From Trichomonas gallinae (taxonomy: Eukaryota): 64,000 bases of DNA. Positions within the stretch are counted from its first letter, which is position 1, and every line of letters starts with the position of its first letter. The position numbers and the translations under genes were made by a program. Below, in pieces: positions 1 to 10,697 of this stretch. The notes beneath the pieces are model-generated. The model saw only the letters and a program-made list of their open reading frames with translations. It ran no database searches and was not told the DNA's origin. Location of the stretch: positions 1 to 64,000 of the forward strand of contig MRSU01011496.1 in NCBI GenBank assembly GCA_008369845.1, read 5' to 3'.

Positions 1-229
1 CATTATATTAATGCATATAATATACTGGCAAAGTTTGGAGCAAAAATACATTTCTATCGTCATTGGTACACCTCTATAAAATCTTTATGAACGACCAAAT
101 TTTATATAGTCAATCTGAAAAGTCATTTTTATCAAATATGGAAAACAAAATTTGCTACTTCTGTTACAACATATTTCATTTAGTGTAGAAAATTCAAAAA
201 CTATAATTATCAAATTTATCGCCGAAATT

Positions 230-690
230 TTCATTCCCCATAAACGATTTTATTTCATGATCTATATCACATACATTTAATGATGTTATTTTTCATATTT
301 AATTTATCAATGCAATATTTCATTCCAAAACCATTTCTACTCCACAATATCAATCCAAAACATCCTAAAAACCATACTTAATGAATCTCTTTTTAATATC
401 TAATTTTTCAATGAAATATTTCATTTCCATAACCATTTCTACTCCATTATATGAGCCATGAACAGCCCAAAAATCACTCTTTGCGATGAAATTTTTAATT
501 TCAAATTTTTCTTTTCCAAAAACAATTTTGTTACAGGATATAAACCCCAATACAACACAAAAACCACATTTATTGAATCTCTTGTTAATATCAAATTTTT
601 CATCAAAATATTTCTTACTAAAACCATTTCTACTCCACAATATATACTCAAAACAGTCTAAAAATGACATTTAATGATTTACAATGTCCA
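230..690. repeat. Degenerate ~90-100 bp tandem repeat, about 5 units
   Basis: CCATTTCTACTCCA recurs at 331, 433 and 624, with degenerate copies near 245 and 523. An AATCTCTT-TAATATC-AATTTTTCA block recurs near 384 and 577. Confidence 0.7.
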
Positions 691-702
691 AAAAACCAGT
701 TT

Positions 703-780
703 TGCGGTTCTACCCTTTGCAAAAAAAAAAAAAAAAAATGCGGTTCTAAAAATTTTAACTATCGTTCAAATCATTTTTTT
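703..780 (+). promoter_or_regulatory. Core promoter of the ATPase: duplicated M3-like TGCGGTTCTA plus Inr TCATT
   Basis: TGCGGTTCTA at 703-712 and 739-748 flanks an A-tract. TCATTT at 771 lies 22 nt before the ATG. Confidence 0.55.
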
Positions 781-792
781 TATTAAAAATAT

Positions 793-3768
793 ATGTGTGA
801 TCTAGAGACAATCGAGCGCTTTTCCCAGCTATTCGAGCGCGGCGAATCCGAGGGCATCGAAGATTTCGGAGGGATCCAGGGCGTTGCGAGTTTATTCTCG
901 GTCGATTTGAACGATGGAATCAGTGATACTGAATTATCAACGAATTACGCAGATCGCATACAAAAGTGGGGCATCAATGAGCTCCCTGACCCACCCAGTA
1001 AGTCGTGGTGCCGACTTTTCCTTGAAACATTCAAAGATTTAATGTTGAAAATGTTAATTGGCCTTTCTATCGGCGGTTTGATATTATCAGCACTCGCAAA
1101 CATCGGTGAAGAAGACGGATGGGTGCATATTATTGATCCAATCGCTATTTTACTCTCTGTTTTGATCGTTTCATCCGTTGAAGCTCAAGTAAACTGGCAG
1201 CAGCAGAGATCATTCAACTCAGTCAGCAAGCTGAAGAACTCTTTCGATGTGACCGTAAGGAGAGGAGGCGAGCAGAGGCTGATCAAATCTACAGAGCTCC
1301 TCGCTGGCGATATTTTGCTTCTCCACGCCGGTGATGCTGTTCCTGTTGACTGTGCCTACGTTTCTGGCCACGCGCTGAGAATAGATAACTCACAGAATAC
1401 TGGTGAACCAATTCCTATCTTAATTACAGAGTCTTCCCCATTAATTACATCTGGTGCTGCCGTAGATAGTGGTGATGGTGCTGTTCTCGTTTGTGCTGTC
1501 GGTCCAAACTGCCAGTTTGGTCGCACAATGAAGAAATTGGAACACATGAACGAGTTAGAAGAAGAAACACCATTACAAAAGAAGCTTGACCACATCTGCA
1601 AGCAAGTCACATACTTAGGTTTATTCGGTTCCCTTTGCACATTAGTTGTTCTTTTGATTATCTGGTCTATTCAAGTTGCAAAGAACAAATGGAACAGAAA
1701 GTACCTTTCACTCCTCATGGAAGACGTCATGGTTGCGATTACAATGTTCATTGGTGCGATTCCAGAGGGTCTTCCTCTCGCTGTTGTTATTTCGCTCGGA
1801 TTTTCCATGAAGAAGATGATGAAGGACAACAACTTCGTCAGGCACCTCAAGGCCTGCGAAACAATGGGCGGCGCAACAACAATTTGCTCAGATAAGACAG
1901 GAACACTCACACAGAACAAGATGACAGTCGTTATCTACTGCCAGGACGGCCAAGACTTCACTGGTACCCCAGAAGTTGCCCAGAACGTCTTGGATCTCCT
2001 TGGAGAAGGAATCGCGCTAAATACAAACGCTTACCTCACAATTAAGAACGGAAAAACCACTCCTGAGTGGGTCGGCAAGTCTACTGAATGCGCATTAATG
2101 AAATTTGGCGCTGATTGCGGATACGATTATAAAGTTATCCGCGAAAAGTATCCAGACATCTTCCAGCACGAGTTTAACTCAACAAGGAAGCGTATGTCAA
2201 CAGTAGTAAGGCGAGATAACACTTACAGAATACATTGCAAAGGCGCGCCAGAACTAGTCATCAAGCGCTGTAAATACTACCTCAAGGCTGATGGCACAAG
2301 GGTCCCGCTTGATGAGGCAACGAGCGAAGCCATAGTTGAGAGAGTTAACGAACTTGCTGATGATCAGCTCAGAACAATGCTTTTAACATACAACGACCTC
2401 CAAGGCGACACTTTCAACAAGGACTGGGAGAATCCAGACAACGTGGAGTGCGATTTAACAGTTATTGGCGTTTGTGGAATTCGAGATCCGCTCAGACCCG
2501 AAGTTCCAGACGCTATCAAGCAATGCAAACAGGCAGGTGTCATGGTAAGAATGGTCACAGGCGATAATATCAACACAGCAGTATCAATCGCAAGACAATG
2601 CGGAATTTTAACGGAAGACGGCCACGCTATGCTCGGCAAAGAGTTCTCTTCCATGTCCAAGGTCAAACTCATCGAAAAACTTCCTAAATTACAGGTTATG
2701 GCCAGATCATCGCCTCTTGATAAGTACAGACTCGTTTCTTTGCTCATGGAATGCGGCGAAACAGTTGCTGTTACAGGTGATGGCTCCAACGACTCAACAG
2801 CTTTGAGAAAAGCTGATGTTGGTCTCGCTATGGGTATGTGCGGCACAGAACTCGCTAAGATGGCATCAGACATCGTCATTTTGGATGATAACTTCATGTC
2901 TATCGTCGCCGCTTTGAAGTGGGGACGCTGCATTTACGATAATGTTCGCTCTTTCCTTCAATTCCAGCTAACAGTCAACGTTTGCGCTCTCGCGATCACA
3001 TTCATCGGTTCCTGCGTACTTAGAAAGTCCCCAATGCGTGCTATCCAGCTTCTTTGGGTATCTTTGATCATGGATTCCATCGGCGCCTTAGCTTTAGCTA
3101 CTAAAGGACCATTCAACTCACTCCTCGACAGACCACCATACGGATCCTCATCCAAACTCATCTCTAGACTCATGATGAGAAATATCGCAGCTCACGGCTT
3201 GTTCCAGGCAGCTCTTTTGATGACAATCTTGTTTGGTTCTGATGCGTTTTACAAGATAGACATGTCTAAAGAGAACGCGCAGCAAACATTCTTCTTCAAT
3301 GCTTTCGTTTGGATGCAGATCTTCAACTTACTCAATGCAAGAGTCGCAGACCAGTCCACTCCATTCTTCGAGGGCCTCTTCTCTAACTGGATCTTCTGGT
3401 TCTTGTTCTTCTTCATTATTTTCGTTCAAATTATTCTCGTTGAGTTCGGCGGCAAAATTTTCGGCACAAGCGGATTGAAGTGGAACCACTGGCTCATTTC
3501 CATCGCTTTGGGTGCAACAGAGTTGGTCTTCGGCTGGTTAATCAGATTCTGGAAGATCAGAGATGAGACAACGGAGAGATTGATCGTCTCAAGAGAGGAG
3601 AAGAGAGAGATTATGCGCAGAAAGTACACTGGAATGACCCCAACAATGATGTGGCGCGAGCCAGAAGAAGGTCAGCCAGTAAACACAGCACAGGGACCAA
3701 AGCCGCCAATTCCAGTTGTAAGGAGGCACCCAAGTGCAATCACGCCCAACCAGCCGGCTGTTGTTTAA
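793..3768 (+). CDS. PMCA: P-type IIB (PMCA-type) Ca2+-transporting ATPase
   Basis: Motifs TGE, PEGLPLAV, CSDKTGTLT (phospho-Asp), KGAPE, MVTGDN, ARSSPLDK, GDGSND and FLQFQLTVNV; about 10 TM segments. Confidence 0.95.
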   Translation: MCDLETIERFSQLFERGESEGIEDFGGIQGVASLFSVDLNDGISDTELSTNYADRIQKWGINELPDPPSKSWCRLFLETFKDLMLKMLIGLSIGGLILSALANIGEEDGWVHIIDPIAILLSVLIVSSVEAQVNWQQQRSFNSVSKLKNSFDVTVRRGGEQRLIKSTELLAGDILLLHAGDAVPVDCAYVSGHALRIDNSQNTGEPIPILITESSPLITSGAAVDSGDGAVLVCAVGPNCQFGRTMKKLEHMNELEEETPLQKKLDHICKQVTYLGLFGSLCTLVVLLIIWSIQVAKNKWNRKYLSLLMEDVMVAITMFIGAIPEGLPLAVVISLGFSMKKMMKDNNFVRHLKACETMGGATTICSDKTGTLTQNKMTVVIYCQDGQDFTGTPEVAQNVLDLLGEGIALNTNAYLTIKNGKTTPEWVGKSTECALMKFGADCGYDYKVIREKYPDIFQHEFNSTRKRMSTVVRRDNTYRIHCKGAPELVIKRCKYYLKADGTRVPLDEATSEAIVERVNELADDQLRTMLLTYNDLQGDTFNKDWENPDNVECDLTVIGVCGIRDPLRPEVPDAIKQCKQAGVMVRMVTGDNINTAVSIARQCGILTEDGHAMLGKEFSSMSKVKLIEKLPKLQVMARSSPLDKYRLVSLLMECGETVAVTGDGSNDSTALRKADVGLAMGMCGTELAKMASDIVILDDNFMSIVAALKWGRCIYDNVRSFLQFQLTVNVCALAITFIGSCVLRKSPMRAIQLLWVSLIMDSIGALALATKGPFNSLLDRPPYGSSSKLISRLMMRNIAAHGLFQAALLMTILFGSDAFYKIDMSKENAQQTFFFNAFVWMQIFNLLNARVADQSTPFFEGLFSNWIFWFLFFFIIFVQIILVEFGGKIFGTSGLKWNHWLISIALGATELVFGWLIRFWKIRDETTERLIVSREEKREIMRRKYTGMTPTMMWREPEEGQPVNTAQGPKPPIPVVRRHPSAITPNQPAVV

Positions 3769-4334
3769 ATAAAAATATTACTATTGCTTTATTTTTTCTA
3801 AATTTATAATTTTTTATTTCATTTTCTATATTACACATTAAATCCAATGTGAAAATGCTATTTTATATCATTATGAAATCATTCACCATCAATAAATAAT
3901 AGAATCTCTATGATTGCTATTTATTTCATTATGAAATTAATTTCTAGACAATAAAACATTATGGATGTGTGAATTCAACAATTTAGTGATGGTTTTGCTG
4001 ATGAAAAATACACTTATTATATTGATATGTATAGAAATGAGACTTTTTAGATTTGAAATATCCATAATAATATGTGATTTTTGCGTTTTTATCGCATAAT
4101 TAACGAAAATTTGTAATTTATATTGATATTATCGATTTTAATTTTTGTATTATTGATTTAATCAATTATAAAAGAAGAAAGTTTTAAAAATTTTTGTCAA
4201 TTTTTTTCAGCTAAAAATGAAAATGCAAAATTACGCGCTATTTCTGTTTGTTATCATATGTAGATGCCAAAATACGCGAAAAATCACAATTTTGTAAAGA
4301 AAAAAGAAAGACGATAAAAAATGGGCAGCCAATA

Positions 4335-6530
4335 ATGTCAAAGAAGAGCGAAACAAAACTTATTGCAGAGCTCCGCAAGTTTCAGGAGCACCGCGAATAC
4401 AATCAGGGCTTGAAGCACGCTGAGCAGCTGTGCAGAACAAACCCACAATGCGCTGAAGCTCTCGCTTATAAAGCGTATTTTACTTTCATGAAAGACAAAT
4501 CGAAGAAAGACGAATGCGTTACAATGGCCAAGCAGGCAAACAGGCTTGACATGAAATCAGCTGAAGTTTGGAAAGTCTGCGGATTGTTGTATCGTGAAAT
4601 GAACGATTTTGTTCAATATCTTCAATGCTATCGCCTTTCATACAGGATAAATTCGACAGATCTTACAGTCTTAAGCGAAATCTGCAATCTTAATTTCTTC
4701 TTCGGAAATTACGAAGAATACTACCAAACAACACGCACACTTTTAGCCTCAACATCGACAGTATGGATTGTTATGCGTATGGCTCTTGCTCTTTGGTTCA
4801 CAGGAAATTATTCTAATGCAAGTGAATTTGTAGACGTCTATGAACGTGGCTTAGCACCACCAAAGAATGATGAAGATGCCGTATTCAGGTCTGAATTATG
4901 CATCTTCCACTTGATGATTTTCCTCAAGCTCGAAAAATACAACAAAGCACTCGATTACATCGAGAAGAACTCAATATTCATCCGTGACACAGTCCGTTTG
5001 AACGAAATTAAGTATAAAATCTACACCGCATTAGACCAAAATGACAAAGCCATGGAAATTTTCAACGAGCTCATCAAATACTACCCAGAAAATGGCGACT
5101 ATTTCGATATCCTCGAGAACGTCATTCCAAAGGACCAAATCATCGATACACTTATCAAACTCAAAGATTCAGCTTCATCCAAATACGCTTGGGTTCGCGC
5201 CCTCGAAATTATGGACGTTTCAGATGCCAGATATGAACCACTTCTCCGCAAATATCTCGAACCATTATTAATCAAAGCTTCTCCAGCCGCTTACATCTCC
5301 CTCAAAGACCTCCCAGAAGCAGGCATCGATTTGTGCTTCAAGATCGCCAACGAAATCCAAGTTCCAATGAACGCAATTCCAATGGTCAAACTTTTCAAGG
5401 CCTTCATATACTACAGACGCGGCGATCTCGAGAACGCTCTTAAGGAGATCGACGAAGGCCTCGCGCACACAACTACAGCTATAGAGCTCCTCCAGTGGCG
5501 CTGCAAGTTCCTCAAAGGCCACGGCAGGATAAAGGAGGCTCTGAGATACGCCAGGAAGTTTGCAAACGCAGATCCAGCTGACAGAAATGCAAACAACCTG
5601 TTCGCGCAGTGCCTTCTTTTGAACGGTCTTACTAAAGTCGCTGAGGACACAGCCTCTGTTTTCGCTGGCACAGAGAACGGCCGCCCATTGTTGTTCGAGA
5701 CACAGTTCTCAACATATTACCTCAGGGCAGGTTTGGCATACCTCAGAAAAGGCGACATCGCCAAAGCTAAAGAGTTCTACGATGGCATTTTCAAGCACTT
5801 CGACGAATACAGGAAAGGCGAATACAACTACATCGGCTGGGCCTCCAAGAAGCCACGCGCGCTCATAGAGCTCCAGGACATGCTCAACAACATGGAGAAA
5901 GAATACTTGTTCTACGAGGCAGCGAACTTTGCTTTGAGATTGGCTCTTTTAGAAAACCGCGCCAAAGACTTTTTGCCACAGACATTGCAGTCCATGAAGT
6001 CTCTCAACCCCGAGACATTGGCTCTCGCTGCACACGTTTTCGCAGCTAACAAGCTCCACTTACCAGCTGTCAGGTGCTGGGTGAAGATCGGAGAATCTCC
6101 TTTCAGATACTTGGCTCTTCCAGCAATGAAGAAGCTCAAAGCTGTTCCAGCAAAGGAAGCTTTAGTCAATGATGTTTTCAACCAGTTCTTCGACGACTCG
6201 AAGCTGAGTGAACCTAAGACAGCCGACGAGTTGTTCGCGTCTGCCGAAGGAAAGAGCATCGAAGGTGACGCAAGTGGAGCAAAGAAGGACTTGTTTGCAG
6301 CAATTTCTCTCGGTGGACAAAAGTACAAGAAAGTTCTCAGACTCCACACAATTGTCAAGACATTCTTCAAGGATCCACAAGACGCTCTCAACAAATTCCA
6401 GGAGGTTTATCCGAAATTCGAATTCGATCTCATGGACGAGCAGCAGTATTTAGATAAGTACTCACGCGAAGCAAAGGCACAGAAGCGCAAACAAAACACT
6501 GAAGAACAACAACAGCAGCAACAACAATAA
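4335..6530 (+). CDS. NAA15: N-terminal acetyltransferase A auxiliary subunit (NAA15/Nat1), TPR protein
   Basis: N-terminal TPRs (EHREYNQGLK, RLDMKSAEVWKVCGLLYR) and HTTTAIEL..KGHGRIKEA..DPADR follow the NAA15 layout. The ORF-track start (4248) is TTG; the first in-frame ATG is 4335. Ends in poly-Q. Confidence 0.85.
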   Translation: MSKKSETKLIAELRKFQEHREYNQGLKHAEQLCRTNPQCAEALAYKAYFTFMKDKSKKDECVTMAKQANRLDMKSAEVWKVCGLLYREMNDFVQYLQCYRLSYRINSTDLTVLSEICNLNFFFGNYEEYYQTTRTLLASTSTVWIVMRMALALWFTGNYSNASEFVDVYERGLAPPKNDEDAVFRSELCIFHLMIFLKLEKYNKALDYIEKNSIFIRDTVRLNEIKYKIYTALDQNDKAMEIFNELIKYYPENGDYFDILENVIPKDQIIDTLIKLKDSASSKYAWVRALEIMDVSDARYEPLLRKYLEPLLIKASPAAYISLKDLPEAGIDLCFKIANEIQVPMNAIPMVKLFKAFIYYRRGDLENALKEIDEGLAHTTTAIELLQWRCKFLKGHGRIKEALRYARKFANADPADRNANNLFAQCLLLNGLTKVAEDTASVFAGTENGRPLLFETQFSTYYLRAGLAYLRKGDIAKAKEFYDGIFKHFDEYRKGEYNYIGWASKKPRALIELQDMLNNMEKEYLFYEAANFALRLALLENRAKDFLPQTLQSMKSLNPETLALAAHVFAANKLHLPAVRCWVKIGESPFRYLALPAMKKLKAVPAKEALVNDVFNQFFDDSKLSEPKTADELFASAEGKSIEGDASGAKKDLFAAISLGGQKYKKVLRLHTIVKTFFKDPQDALNKFQEVYPKFEFDLMDEQQYLDKYSREAKAQKRKQNTEEQQQQQQQ

Positions 6531-6953
6531 TTATCTCTTTTCTTTTTTTAGAATAATAAAACTTGTCAAATCTCTTTTTTTCATATCATTACATCTCGAA
6601 AATTATTATTTCATACCACAAAATTAGACTCATAACAACACCAATATTATATTTCCGCGTAATTTTTAAAATAATTCAATAAGATAAATATTTTCGCATT
6701 TTAATTTAATTATACTGCCAAAATACACATAGAAAAGTCTATCATTAAACGTTCTGAACAGAATTTTGATCATATTTTTTTTATTTTCATTCTATTATTG
6801 TACTTTTTTGGTAGTTTTTACACAAGGATGGAGTAAATTCATATAATTTCACTTTTCCAAATACATCTTCGGTAAAATTCGGAGATTTTAGCAGCCAGAT
6901 ATCTGACATTTGTCAAAAATTCACCAGGTTAATGTTCGACGCCTATCAGACTA

Positions 6954-7013
6954 GGTGATTAGAACTGAACTTACCTAGTAACTAAATATGATAGTATACT
7001 ATACACCCTAATA
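6954..7013 (+). repeat. Left copy of a 60-bp inverted repeat (partner 9867-9926), TIR-like
   Basis: 52/60 identical to the reverse complement of 9867-9926, with the last 28 nt perfect. Contains the palindrome ATAGTATACTAT. Confidence 0.85.
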
Positions 7014-7119
7014 TCGTAAGAGAAGTTAAATCATATTTATTCGATTTTATTGTAGAATATTCGACAATAATCTTTGCATTGTTGTTACATTATATTTTTT
7101 CATTCATACAAATGAGGCT

Positions 7120-7530
7120 TGTGGCATCAAAATATGGTGTAAAAATCTCAAATCTTGTCCACACCTTTGCCAAACTACAGACATAATTAAACATAAAATT
7201 CGCATTATGCCATGAATAAACTCTTTTATTTATTTTTCCACAGTTATATAAATTTTTGCTAAGCTCCTTCTCACAGCCCCTGGAAATAGATGTTAACGCA
7301 AAAAACAATGGTAAAGAAACAGCTTTGATTAAAGCTTCATATAGTGGTCATTATGAAATTGTCAAACTCCTTCTCACAGTTCCTGGAATATATGTCAACT
7401 CAAAAGACAATATCAGCAAAACAGCTTTGATTTTGGCTTCAGAAAGAGGTCATCATAAAGTCAAAATGGCAGTCGGACAGCTTTGGAAGCTGCTTCACAT
7501 GAAGCTTAATATGAAATCATAAAAATATTG
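7120..7530 (+). pseudogene. Ankyrin-repeat pseudogene fragment
   Basis: Two ANK repeats (IDVNAKNNGKETALIKAS..GHYEIVKLLL; VNSKDNISKTALILASERGH) with no ATG start. A third repeat (NGSRTALEAASHEA*YEIIKIL) lies in another frame and has a stop. Confidence 0.75.
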
Positions 7531-7855
7531 TAAGCTCATGGTGCAATTTAATTAGTTCATGGATTTTAATTTAATAAATGAAGCTTAATTTTTCAATTTT
7601 TTTTCCTTCATTACATCAGGATATTACTTGCACGATTTAACATATTGTTGATTTTTATTATTATTATTTGATTGAGCAGATTTTGTTGTCTTCAGCGGTT
7701 TTGCATCCTGTTAATGCTCTGAGTGAAGATGGGATGAATTGCACCAATTGGTAGCTTTCCACCATCGTCGTAGTCTGTTGATGAATTGATCAAATTGGAT
7801 GAGTAATTATTAACTAAAAAACAAATTTTTAAAATTACAATAAAAATAAACAAGA

Positions 7856-9499
7856 TTAAAAACCGATACTTAGACTCATCAAGAATTTAGAGTGTTCAGT
7901 GTTTGGGTTGTCACGAGTATATGATAGAGCTTCAAAGAACAGCGATGAATCATCTTCAACGAGAACTCTAACTTTTGATTTATCTTTTATAACAATGAAT
8001 GCAGCTAAACTCCACCTCATTAGTCCACTCATTAAAAAGTTGTTTGCTAAAAGTCTTAAAACAGTGGTAGTATCCTTCCATCCATGAACGTCTGCAGAAA
8101 TAGAAGATATGCAATGAGAAAGTTCTGTTTTTGTGAGGTTTTCGTATGTTGGAAGCACTTCATTTGGCGAAACATCAAGAGCTGTTGATAAATGCGCGCA
8201 TCTAATCCATTGACTTGTTTCGATTAAACATTCAATAATTTTTTCTTTGCCGTTGACAGATAAAACTTCTTCCGGATAGTCATGTAATGCCTTCAAAAAC
8301 TGCTCCTCTGGTGCTGAAAGCAAGAAATCGCATTTATCATCTTGATTTAATTCGATAAATGGCTTTGTTATATCTAATACGCTTTCAAGTGATACAGTCT
8401 GAGGCTCCTCTTGTTTTTCTTTCTCTGGAGCAATAATTTCTGCATTTTTAATTTCAGATTTCGTATTTTGTTCTGGAATTGAAGTTTCTTGTTTGATTTG
8501 ATCATTAATTTCTTTCTTTTCAATGATTTCAGTTGTTTCCTTTTGATTTGGAATATTAATTTTATTATCCTTGGTATTTTGTGGTGTTTGGCTCTGTGAT
8601 ACCTTTTCTTGTTGTATGGCTTCTTGTTTTTGTGATTGCTGAGATACTGTAGATTTACCAAGAATTTGATTGAAAGAAATGCATTTTATTGTGCTTCCAG
8701 CGATATAAATTACTCTGTCATTAATTGAATCGTAAGAATAAGCAATTGCTGAAGATAAATCTTTAGCAGGAATTGTTTTATTTGCAATATGAAGATTTCC
8801 CATGATATCGACAAAAGCAGATCCATTTTTCGTATTAAAAACAGTAAAAACGCCAAGCTCTGTACTTCCAACCTTTTCAATTTGCTTATTTTTGTAATTT
8901 GAAATATTTCCGTAAAAATCGGCTGCAATGATGTAATTTTCAGCCTTTCCTATCATCATGATGCTATCTGCAATTTGTTTAGGCTCATATGAGGGTTGTA
9001 ATTTTCCAACAAATAAAAACGAGCCGCAAGCGAATGCAACATTTTCACCATACGAAATTATGTTCTTAACATATGGAGAAGGCGCATCGAATGTATAACT
9101 TTGGATCGAATCTCCTGTTTCAGAAATTAAAATAATTTTTGGACCGACAACACAGACTCCAATTGAGTTATTATATACAAAAGTGTCTATTATGACTAAT
9201 CCTGTATGAATTGGTTTGCATTTTTCTGTATGCATGTTATATAGATAAATCGAGCCTTTTCCAGTTCCAAAAGCTATATGATTCTTATTTATGATTTTGA
9301 CCCATGAGTTATCTCCATTTTCGCTTAATTCTGTCTCATTTCTCTTATACATTTTGAAAATTTTAAATCGTTTTTCTGAAATCGTGAAAATATGGAGAGA
9401 ATCCTGCGTAAGAAATGCTGCAATATCATCGAAGATGTCAATGGCGAAGAATTTCCGGATGGAATTTTCGTCGTGAACCTCAAAAACAATATTTTCCAT
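7856..9499 (-). CDS. Divergent, shortened RIC1-like protein (beta-propeller N-terminus, helical C-terminus)
   Basis: N-terminus AFLTQDSLHIF..YKRNETELSENGDN..IAFGTGKGSIYLY and C-terminus LRLLANNFLMSGLMRWSLAAFIVIKD resemble the two ends of RIC1. Inr TCACT/TCATT lies 12-23 nt upstream. Confidence 0.55.
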   Translation of the reverse strand: MENIVFEVHDENSIRKFFAIDIFDDIAAFLTQDSLHIFTISEKRFKIFKMYKRNETELSENGDNSWVKIINKNHIAFGTGKGSIYLYNMHTEKCKPIHTGLVIIDTFVYNNSIGVCVVGPKIILISETGDSIQSYTFDAPSPYVKNIISYGENVAFACGSFLFVGKLQPSYEPKQIADSIMMIGKAENYIIAADFYGNISNYKNKQIEKVGSTELGVFTVFNTKNGSAFVDIMGNLHIANKTIPAKDLSSAIAYSYDSINDRVIYIAGSTIKCISFNQILGKSTVSQQSQKQEAIQQEKVSQSQTPQNTKDNKINIPNQKETTEIIEKKEINDQIKQETSIPEQNTKSEIKNAEIIAPEKEKQEEPQTVSLESVLDITKPFIELNQDDKCDFLLSAPEEQFLKALHDYPEEVLSVNGKEKIIECLIETSQWIRCAHLSTALDVSPNEVLPTYENLTKTELSHCISSISADVHGWKDTTTVLRLLANNFLMSGLMRWSLAAFIVIKDKSKVRVLVEDDSSLFFEALSYTRDNPNTEHSKFLMSLSIGF

Positions 9500-9866
9500 T
9501 TTCTAAAAATTAATGAAAAGTGACAAATTATTTTCCAGTGGCAGAAATTTTACTTTACATGTCAAAAATATTATTTCTATATTGATTATAAACCGATTTT
9601 CAAAAGCCGGGGCTGAAACGAAAAATGGGCTATTAGTTAGCACTGATCAATTATTGGTACTATTCGAATGAAATCCATTCATAAAACTTAGTATTCATGC
9701 AACAATTAATCGAAATTAATAAATTATACATATTTATTGCACAAGATTAGCAAATAATTCGAAATGACACATAACAATGCAATAAACAATACCTGACTTT
9801 TGGAACGCAGTTTATCGAGTATTCTATATGAAAATCAAATAATAAAGGACTTAGGTTCTCTAATGT

Positions 9867-9926
9867 TATTAGGGTGTATAGTATACTATCATATATACCT
9901 ATTGGATTAGTTCAATTCTAATCACC
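9867..9926 (-). repeat. Right copy of the 60-bp inverted repeat (partner 6954-7013)
   Basis: TATTAGGGTGTATAGTATACTATCATAT...TCTAATCACC is the reverse complement of 6954-7013 with 8 mismatches. Confidence 0.85.
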
Positions 9927-10190
9927 AAAATGCAAGTAATTGGGTTTCTGCATCTATCTATATAGAAATTGTTTCACTTTAACTCCAATATAACCATGAT
10001 GAAATATTGAAGTTTTATTAAAAATGTCTCAATTTTTGAATTCTAAAGTTAGAAGTTGGATATCCAACTAATCAAGGACATATACACACATATGAGTGTA
10101 TGCATTTATCTCAGTAATAATGTTTGACTATGCTTATAAACATGAATTTCTTGTTTTTATTTATAAACAACAATGGGATAGTATAACAAA

Positions 10191-10697
10191 CTAATATGAT
10201 TCGAACTCAACAACATCGAAAGTATCAAACACTGTATCAAGATCTTCATTTAAATCCATAATGGTTGGAGTTATTATAGAATGTTGTGCTTGAGTCCTCA
10301 AAGGAATAAGAATGCATCTTCTGTAGTTTTTGTGATGGTTTTGGTTATCTCTGACTTGTGCAGCTCTGTAAATTGATTTCGTCTTTCTCAATATACAATT
10401 AAATTTGTTTTTAATAACATTAGGAGGTCTTCTATCAAAGAACTGAGACATGTATGACCATGAATTTCCATACTTCTCATGTAAATCTAACAATAATCTG
10501 ATCTCATCATCAGAGAATTCATCTGTTCGAACATCTGGAGATATATGGGCCATCCATCTCTCCCTGCATTGTTTACCAGTCCTTCCTGGAATAAATGTCG
10601 CAATGAAATTCCATTTCTTTGCGCCATACTGTTGAACGGTCTCTGTAAGCAGCTTGTCCTCTTCTAGTGACCAGAGTGTCTTAGGTGGAAGCAACAT
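10191..10697 (-). CDS. R2R3 Myb transcription factor
   Basis: WSLEEDKLL..YGAKKW..GRTGKQCRERW and a second repeat FSDDEIRLL..YGNSW..IKNKF. Inr TCATT lies just upstream. Confidence 0.92.
   Translation of the reverse strand: MLLPPKTLWSLEEDKLLTETVQQYGAKKWNFIATFIPGRTGKQCRERWMAHISPDVRTDEFSDDEIRLLLDLHEKYGNSWSYMSQFFDRRPPNVIKNKFNCILRKTKSIYRAAQVRDNQNHHKNYRRCILIPLRTQAQHSIITPTIMDLNEDLDTVFDTFDVVEFESY

Noticed and set aside
7680..7805. GC-raised patch as a C/D snoRNA
   Set aside because: TGATGA lies near the 3' end with no downstream CTGA or terminal stem. It is more likely a small gene remnant.
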